From a virus (lineage: Duplodnaviria > Caudoviricetes), in the IMG/VR virus record IMGVR_UViG_3300017716_002050, positions 1 to 39,128 of that record: a stretch of DNA of 39,128 bases, one strand, 5' to 3'. The notes under the pieces are model-generated. The model saw nothing but the letters and a program-made list of their open reading frames with translations, ran no database searches and had not been told where the DNA came from. A program made the translations under genes and the position numbers. Shown here in pieces: positions 15,454 to 22,113 of this stretch; positions within the stretch are counted from its first letter, which is position 1; every line of letters starts with the position of its first letter.

Positions 15454-16119
15454 TCAATCCTCCGGGTTTTTGTGGACGCCAAGCCCGCAGACGTAGCAGT
15501 CCTGACCCAACTTAAATGACCATTTCACCCCGACGAAACTTCCCCGGACTCCGGTCAGGACGGAATAGACCTTTTCGTCAATCTCAACCACCTCTCCCGA
15601 GGTGTAAGCCTTTTCGTCGTTAGCCGCAAAAATTGCAGCGACCTCAGCAGGCCAGACATCCCCATCCGTGCGCCCGTTATAGGCCGAGGCCACGCCGCCC
15701 AGATACTTGTCCGCGTAGACCTGACTAACTTGGACCATCCGAAACCGTCCCGCACCCTCACGCCGCTTAATCCACATGAGGCGCGGCATCGTCAGGATGA
15801 ATGTTTCCAGTTCCTGCACAGTCACGCTCTGCCGATGGACCATCTCTTGAACCATCGACAGCGTGATTTGCTCAAACTTGAGGCCGGTCGCGGCGGACAG
15901 GACGGCCCTGATCTGCCCGAGTTCCATTTCGGTTTGATGCGCCCGCTCGCGCAGGGTGTCGATCACTTCGCCGGTCTTCGACGCCTCGATCTTCCTTGCG
16001 CGCCAGTTGGCCGTTACCCATGCGACCGCGCCAGCCGCCGCCGTGGAGGCGATAGGCCAAAGGGCCGTTACCTGTGCGACCAGATCGGGCGCGGGCGGAA
16101 TATCCTCCGGCACGATCAA
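15454..16119 (-). CDS. Single-TM, coiled-coil, PAS-domain protein
   Basis: TM ALWPIASTAAAGAVAWVTANW followed by RARK. C-terminal FILTMPRLMWIK...GRF..VSQVY...GRTDGDVWPAEVAAIFAANDEKAYTSGEVVEIDE...FVGVKW fits the PAS_4 pattern. Confidence 0.78.
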   Translation of the reverse strand: MIVPEDIPPAPDLVAQVTALWPIASTAAAGAVAWVTANWRARKIEASKTGEVIDTLRERAHQTEMELGQIRAVLSAATGLKFEQITLSMVQEMVHRQSVTVQELETFILTMPRLMWIKRREGAGRFRMVQVSQVYADKYLGGVASAYNGRTDGDVWPAEVAAIFAANDEKAYTSGEVVEIDEKVYSVLTGVRGSFVGVKWSFKLGQDCYVCGLGVHKNPED

Positions 16120-16355
16120 GGCTTGATCGGCTGGTCGGGGTCGTCGTTAGGCGGCTTGTCCGTGCCGCCAGAGAAGGCCACGATGTTATCCCCGTCCCGC
16201 GATGCGACGTAGGCTTTCTGTGCCTTGTCTAGCCGGGCGTGGAGGAGCGCGTGATGCTCCTCCACCAGCTTGAGCGCGCGGCGGGTTGCCTTGACGGCTT
16301 CCTCCGACTTCATCAAGGCCCGCCCAATGGCGTCGATGTGGTCTTGAGGGGTCAT
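16116..16355 (-). CDS. Small helical protein with SGGTDKPP tail (79 aa)
   Basis: ATG at 16355 in ATGA overlap with the tailspike stop; its own stop overlaps the TTG of the PAS gene. Confidence 0.75.
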   Translation of the reverse strand: MTPQDHIDAIGRALMKSEEAVKATRRALKLVEEHHALLHARLDKAQKAYVASRDGDNIVAFSGGTDKPPNDDPDQPIKP

Positions 16356-19300
16356 TTGGCCACCCATCCTGTGTTCCCGGTTCCGCTTTCCTTAACATAA
16401 AATGACGTGCCCGCACCCCCATCCGTACGCTGGAAAGTGGAGCCGATGCCGCCCGTAACCGCGCCCTCTGGCGTCCCGGTCCCGATGCCTTGGATGACGG
16501 TTGCGCTGCGGTAGATCGTGCCGGTGTAAAGAAGCGATCCAGCCGCGTCCGCCGTGGTCCAGCCGCGATACGGCCCGTTGTCGTAGAAGCCTGCGAACGA
16601 GTTGTTCGTGTAAGGCGACGTGCCAGTGATGGACCCGGTGACGTTCGTCAGCGCGCTACAGCCGGTGAAGACGTTGCCGGTCGATGTCGTGGTGTTGTAG
16701 CCGTAGCCTTGACCGCCGATGAAACCTGTTGTCGTGCCGTTGCCCGAGCGACAGCCGGTGAACAGGCTGTTCGTTCCGGTGTCCAAGTTCCAGCCGTTAT
16801 AGGTGCCGTTCTGGATCGTGCCGTCCACATAACTGTTATCGACCGCCGTACAGGCCGCAAAGCTGCTGCGGGTGGTGTTGCCGATCAAGCTGAACCCGTG
16901 TTCCGTATTGCGAACCGCGACGCAGCTTGTGACCGTGAACTGCTGGCAGTTGTTGAACACGAAGCCCGCGTTTCCGTTCTCGACCGAGATCAGACCGGAA
17001 ATGACGATTTGGCGGGCCTCTTGGAACAAAAAGCCGTTAAGCGTGTTGCCCTGCGCCACACAGTTAGCGACGGCGCTTTCGCGGTCCACATAGGTTGCAG
17101 CCCCATAGGAACCACCAAGCGTCCCCTTGATCTGGAAGCCCGCCGCCGTGTTGTTATAGGCCGTGCAGTCAGCCAGAACAGACGAAATGAACCCGTCGTA
17201 GGTGTCAAAGCCATCTTGGGCGTTGCCCTCAGAGTGGCAGCCGATGATCTTGCAGAAGGTCGATCCGCCGCCGGTCTTGAAGCCGTCCTGATTGTCGGAG
17301 TTGTAGGCTTCGCAGTTGATGAACTCGCAGGCCGTCGCAAAGTCCATGAAGAAACCATAGGACCGCGAGACGTATGAGACGCACTCGATAGCTTTGTTCC
17401 GTAGGTTGGTGGTCGTCGGCGGGACCGCACCCGCATCGCGGGCAAACACAAACCCTTGCGTCAGGTTGGTCTGGTCGCAGCGATAGACCGTACAATCCAC
17501 GCAATCGAGGAAGTTAAAGCCGTTGTTGCCAGAGGTCCGCAGCGTAGATGCCTCAAGCGACAGGTCCGCAATGAAGACGTTGCTCTTTGCGTTGACGTTT
17601 ATAACGTCCGTCGTGGTGTCCAGCCCCGTGAAATACAGGATCGTACGCCCCCGGCCCGCGCCGACAATCCGGGTGTTGTCGAGAATGTTGAAGACGGGCG
17701 AGGCGTCCGAGATGGTCAGTTGGCCAGCCGGAAGAATGAGCGTCTTGCCCGCCGCGTTGGCCGCATCAAGCGCAAGGTTGATGGCCGCGAGGTTGGACGG
17801 ATTGGACGCGCTGACGCCGTAGCTTTCCGCATAGACCGCATCCAGAGCGGAGGTCATGGCCGTCCAGCCGGTGTTTGTGCCTGCGCCGGACTCCTTGACG
17901 TAGAGCGCCGTTCCGGGGCCACCGTTGGTGCGCGTGTACAGGTCGGCTACGCTGCCAGTATCAGACCCTTCCGGAGTTCCTGCACCTGTAATGATCCGAG
18001 CGGCAGTAGCCAAGCTAGGCGCAATGCCTGCTCGCCGCCAGCCGCCGCCCGATCCGTCGTAAACCACCGTGCCTGTCTGACCGGGCCGAATGGTCATGAT
18101 GGTCGAAAGCGCCGCGTTGCGGATCAGCCACGAGCCGACGCCAGAACCGGACGCCATGAAGGTAAACGTGGCCCCGTCCGGCAAGCCGGTTTCTGACAGG
18201 GTGATGTTGGTGGTCGCTGCAATAGAACCCGACAGGCGGATGGTCGGAGCGTAGTCCAGATACGTGACGGTGAAATCGACCGCCGTGGAAACCGAGCGGT
18301 TGCCGACGTTTTCCGCCTTCACCCACACCGTGCCGTTGGAATAGACCCAGCCCGCCGGGGAAATGTCAGAGACGTTCCACCACTCGCCCTGACGTTCCGT
18401 AGCGTCCAGCGTCGCCAGTTGCGCCTTGGTGATGGTGTTCTCACCACGCGGACGGATGCCTGCGGGCTGTTGCAGGCGATATTGCGTGACTGCGCCCTGA
18501 CACCAGAAGTCGTCTTTGTTGAAGTTGGAGTTGATCGCCGTCTCAGCAATCTCGACACCGCGCGCCGTCTTCTTCCACCGCCCGAACTGATAGGCCGCGC
18601 CGGTAATGGTCGTCAGGGCCGTGGCCGAAAGGGTAATCGACTGTGCATTGTTGACCGAGGCAATCTCCCCGATCAGCACATCACCGTTGGTAAAGATAGC
18701 GTCCCCGGCGACCAGAACATCCTCGAAGTTGTACCCGTACTTGAAGTTGGCCGTCGTCACGACGCCAGACGCTTCGACGTTCGCGACAAGGGTCAGTGTG
18801 TCAGCGTCGGTAATGGACGCGATCTGACCGATAGACACGTCTCCAGTCGTGAAGAGGTGCTGGCCGACGACGTATTGGTTAGCGAAATCCGTTCCTTGCC
18901 CGCTCACCGTCTTGGAGCCAAGCGTGGTCGTGATCGTCCCGCCAAGGTCCGCAGCCGGAGCCGGGATGGTCATGGCCGTGCCCGACACCGTCGCCAGACC
19001 GCCGCCGTCCGTGTAGAAATAGGCGTCAGGCGTCCGTTGAGCGTAAGAGCTACCGATCTGGAAGCCCGTGCCCGCCGACACCTCAATCTTCGCGCCGGGC
19101 GAAACCAGAACAAGCGTATCAAGGTCCGTCACGCTGGCGACGCGGCCAACGTAAGCCCCCGCCGCCGTGCAGATGGTGTCCCCGGCTTCAACCTCGTTGA
19201 CGAAGTCCGTTCCGGTGCCAGATACCGACGTGGTGTTGATCGTGACCGCGATAGTGCCCGTGCCCGCCGTGACCGTCTCAAGAGAACCGCCCGAGAGGGT

Positions 19301-20926
19301 AGCCGTCTGCGAGGCATGGTCCGCAGCCGAGGGCGTAAGGGTCGTGGTCGTCTCTTGAACGTCCAGCCAATAGGTCTTAGCCGAGATGGCCGTGACCTGA
19401 CCCAAAAGCTCCTGATCGTCATTGAACAGGAAGTCACCGACGCTCAGGTCATCAAAGCAGTTGATGTCCTGACCACGCAGAACCGTGTCCCGGTTTACAA
19501 TCGTGTTCGTGCCCGAGGTCGCCGTGATGGTGCCGAGGCCCACGATGTACTCATCAGAGGCAAACGTAGCAGGACCGAAACCCCAGCCCACGCCTTCCGC
19601 GATGACTACCGCTTCCTCATTCGGGTTGGAGATGCTTTCCCCGTCCTCATCACCCGGAAGCGGACGCCCGTTGCCACGGTTCGGACCAATGCCGGAGCCG
19701 ATGCCGACGCCGGAGTTCTCCGACACTTGGTCTTTGGAGTTGAACAGAACCGCAGGGCCGAGAATGTCGCGGAACGAATAGTTGTTGACGAAACAGGCGT
19801 CCGTGTCCGTCAGGCGGATCAGGCGGAACATTCCCTCGCCGTACACATAGTCAATCGTGATATTGGCCGCGCCATTGCCCAGACGAACCGTCGCGTACTG
19901 CGTCGGATAGGGCATTCCCTCTTCCGTCCAGCGGTTCCAAACGCCGTACACGCGCCCGACGTACAGACGGCCTTCCGCCTCCAAAACCGAGACGTTGAAG
20001 CACGACTTGGTCATGTTGGTGGAGACAATCTCCCCGATGTAGCCGCCGCCCGTCCCTGCCGTGGTTGCGTCCCCACCGCCCGTGATGCCGTGGCCTTGCA
20101 CATCGACAGTCTCGATCCGGCCAATGTTCCACGAGTCCACCGCCTTGACGCCGGGCTGGGTTGCATCATCGAGGAACCGGAGGGCCTTGTAACGATAGCG
20201 GACGTTGGTTCCCTCAATGGACCCAGCCGCTTGCGCCTTGTGGCCAAAGTTAGAGGTGATGCCCGCGCAATCAAACTCGATGTTTTCGAAATAGACGTTA
20301 GCGCCGTTGGTCTGAGTGACGAACGCGCGGGCCTCCGAAGATGAGGTGTAGGTTCCGCCCGACACCGCGCGCCATGCCGGGTCCACAAGCGTCAGGCTGG
20401 TTTGGCTTTCGATGCTTTCGATCTTGCCGATGTACTCGCCATCTTCGTTTTGAAGGTTGTGGCCTACCGTCAGGTTCGTTTGGAACAGGGCAAGCCCAGA
20501 ACCCGTAACCGTCGTGCTGTTCAGTTCGCAGGTGATGGTTCCCGGACGGGCCGTCAGGGGCAGTTTGAACGTCGCCCAGCCGTCACGGCAGACAAGCCCG
20601 ACCGTACCCGCACCAGCCAAGCCAATCACGCCGTTGGCGTTGTAAGCCCCGTCAATCGTATAGGTGCCAGCGGGGACCAGCACCCACTTGCCCGCCGCCA
20701 CACCGGCAGCGATGGCCTCGCGGAAAGCGTCGCCGTCCGTGCCATAGTCTTCAAGGTCAATGAAGCCGTCAGCGTTGACAATCTTGGTCCGCATGTAGTC
20801 CGCCAGAACATCGGCGGTGATGCTCTTGAGAGGGCCGGGCGAGCGGTAGGAAGCCAAAAGGTCGCTATCAACCACCGTCGTTTGGCTGGTCAGTTGCGCG
20901 TATGTCTTGCGGGGCAGTTCGGCCAT
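16352..20926 (-). CDS. Tailspike/depolymerase with two right-handed beta-helix regions (1524 aa)
   Basis: Two pectate-lyase-3-like entries (LEDYGTDGDAFREAI...VPAGTY and AESYGVSAS...AINLAL...LILPAG), parallel beta-helix repeats and a duplicated GTPEG...YVKESG motif. Confidence 0.88.
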   Translation of the reverse strand: MAELPRKTYAQLTSQTTVVDSDLLASYRSPGPLKSITADVLADYMRTKIVNADGFIDLEDYGTDGDAFREAIAAGVAAGKWVLVPAGTYTIDGAYNANGVIGLAGAGTVGLVCRDGWATFKLPLTARPGTITCELNSTTVTGSGLALFQTNLTVGHNLQNEDGEYIGKIESIESQTSLTLVDPAWRAVSGGTYTSSSEARAFVTQTNGANVYFENIEFDCAGITSNFGHKAQAAGSIEGTNVRYRYKALRFLDDATQPGVKAVDSWNIGRIETVDVQGHGITGGGDATTAGTGGGYIGEIVSTNMTKSCFNVSVLEAEGRLYVGRVYGVWNRWTEEGMPYPTQYATVRLGNGAANITIDYVYGEGMFRLIRLTDTDACFVNNYSFRDILGPAVLFNSKDQVSENSGVGIGSGIGPNRGNGRPLPGDEDGESISNPNEEAVVIAEGVGWGFGPATFASDEYIVGLGTITATSGTNTIVNRDTVLRGQDINCFDDLSVGDFLFNDDQELLGQVTAISAKTYWLDVQETTTTLTPSAADHASQTATLSGGSLETVTAGTGTIAVTINTTSVSGTGTDFVNEVEAGDTICTAAGAYVGRVASVTDLDTLVLVSPGAKIEVSAGTGFQIGSSYAQRTPDAYFYTDGGGLATVSGTAMTIPAPAADLGGTITTTLGSKTVSGQGTDFANQYVVGQHLFTTGDVSIGQIASITDADTLTLVANVEASGVVTTANFKYGYNFEDVLVAGDAIFTNGDVLIGEIASVNNAQSITLSATALTTITGAAYQFGRWKKTARGVEIAETAINSNFNKDDFWCQGAVTQYRLQQPAGIRPRGENTITKAQLATLDATERQGEWWNVSDISPAGWVYSNGTVWVKAENVGNRSVSTAVDFTVTYLDYAPTIRLSGSIAATTNITLSETGLPDGATFTFMASGSGVGSWLIRNAALSTIMTIRPGQTGTVVYDGSGGGWRRAGIAPSLATAARIITGAGTPEGSDTGSVADLYTRTNGGPGTALYVKESGAGTNTGWTAMTSALDAVYAESYGVSASNPSNLAAINLALDAANAAGKTLILPAGQLTISDASPVFNILDNTRIVGAGRGRTILYFTGLDTTTDVINVNAKSNVFIADLSLEASTLRTSGNNGFNFLDCVDCTVYRCDQTNLTQGFVFARDAGAVPPTTTNLRNKAIECVSYVSRSYGFFMDFATACEFINCEAYNSDNQDGFKTGGGSTFCKIIGCHSEGNAQDGFDTYDGFISSVLADCTAYNNTAAGFQIKGTLGGSYGAATYVDRESAVANCVAQGNTLNGFLFQEARQIVISGLISVENGNAGFVFNNCQQFTVTSCVAVRNTEHGFSLIGNTTRSSFAACTAVDNSYVDGTIQNGTYNGWNLDTGTNSLFTGCRSGNGTTTGFIGGQGYGYNTTTSTGNVFTGCSALTNVTGSITGTSPYTNNSFAGFYDNGPYRGWTTADAAGSLLYTGTIYRSATVIQGIGTGTPEGAVTGGIGSTFQRTDGGAGTSFYVKESGTGNTGWVAK

Positions 20927-20935
20927 GACGGTTTC

Positions 20936-22111
20936 CTAGAACTTGATAATGAACATCAGGGCGATGTTGCGGGGGCGCGTCTCAGCCGCACCGCCTGCCG
21001 AGGCCGTGTTGTAGGGCGTGATGGTTTCCGCCCCGCCCGTACCCGTCGTGGTCAGGCCAGACGACGTGTCGTCATTCGCAGCGGGAGGCGTGACACTGTG
21101 AACGTGCGCTTCAAACTCATCCGTTTGAGCAGAACCAAACGCACGGGCCGGATCGACACCGCGTCCATTGTCCCAGCCCCGCGCAAACTCACCGCGCATT
21201 TCAGGAAGGTTGAACGTGGTCGAGCCATCCCCGACACCGAACGTGGTCCCGATGACAGCGAACAACGCCGCATAGGTCGTGCGCGAGACAGCCGCCGCGT
21301 TGCACTCAAGCCAGCCAGTCGGGACAACATCGTCCGCATACATGATGACCGAACCCACCGGGACACTGGTAGCCCATGTGCCGTCAGCCCGAAGGAACTT
21401 ACGCGCCGCCGCATCGCCAGAGCCGGGAGCCGGGGCTAGGCCCTTGGTTCCACCCGACCCGCTATCCCCGACGACCGCCGCGAGAATGGCCGTAGCCTCT
21501 GCCGAGGTAAGGTCTTGCGGAATGCCTGTCCCTGCCGTGGTGCGTCCCTTGATCGTCTGCGTAGCCATATCGGCCAAGCGGGCATTGGTGATCGAACCGT
21601 TAGGGGGAGCGAAAGCGCCCGTCATGGTCACGTCACCCGCAAAGGTCGAGGTGGCGTTGACCGTCAGCGTATCAGCCGCCGCATCACCAATCGTGGTGTT
21701 GCCCGTGGTGGACAGCGCGGCAAAGGTCGCGGCCCCGGAGACTGCGAACGTGCCCGTAACAGACGTGTTTTGCAGCAGGGCAATAGCCGCCGCTTCAAAG
21801 CGAGCCGAGGCCACCCCGCCCGCTGCAATGCCGACCTGATTAGCAGCCGGGAAATACACCCCCGTATCCGTGTCAGAGATAGCCGCCAAGGCAGGCAGGG
21901 ACACGGTACCGTTAGACACGCGAGCGCCTTGGGCAAACGGGATTGCCGCCGTCGCCGTGGTCTGGCCATCGGAAGCAAGGCTTTCCGTCAGGCCGGTTGC
22001 AAGCGAATCCGCAACGTCGTTCCAGTCATCCGCCAGAATAGGCGTGTCAGGAGACGCGGGGTTCCATGAGTTAGAGGGGAGGGTAAAGACTCCCGATCCG
22101 TTGCGAGCGAT
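20936..22111 (-). CDS. Tail fibre with tail-collar domain (start probably non-canonical ATC at 22111; first canonical start GTG at 21919)
   Basis: Collar domain VPVGSVIMYA...GWLECNAAAVSRTTYAALFAVIGTTFGVGDGSTTFNLP..RGEF and ETRPRNIALMFIIK. In-frame extension (I)ARNGSGVFTLP with GGAGG 7 nt upstream. Confidence 0.85.
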   Translation of the reverse strand: MARNGSGVFTLPSNSWNPASPDTPILADDWNDVADSLATGLTESLASDGQTTATAAIPFAQGARVSNGTVSLPALAAISDTDTGVYFPAANQVGIAAGGVASARFEAAAIALLQNTSVTGTFAVSGAATFAALSTTGNTTIGDAAADTLTVNATSTFAGDVTMTGAFAPPNGSITNARLADMATQTIKGRTTAGTGIPQDLTSAEATAILAAVVGDSGSGGTKGLAPAPGSGDAAARKFLRADGTWATSVPVGSVIMYADDVVPTGWLECNAAAVSRTTYAALFAVIGTTFGVGDGSTTFNLPEMRGEFARGWDNGRGVDPARAFGSAQTDEFEAHVHSVTPPAANDDTSSGLTTTGTGGAETITPYNTASAGGAAETRPRNIALMFIIKF

Positions 22112-22113
22112 GG

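Noticed and set aside
18419-20344. 641-aa plus-strand ORF and other long antisense ORFs (20402-21439, 25209-26231, 34243-35418, 37309-38244)
   Set aside because: These are shadow ORFs opposite well-supported genes in high-GC DNA. They are Arg-rich with no recognisable motifs.
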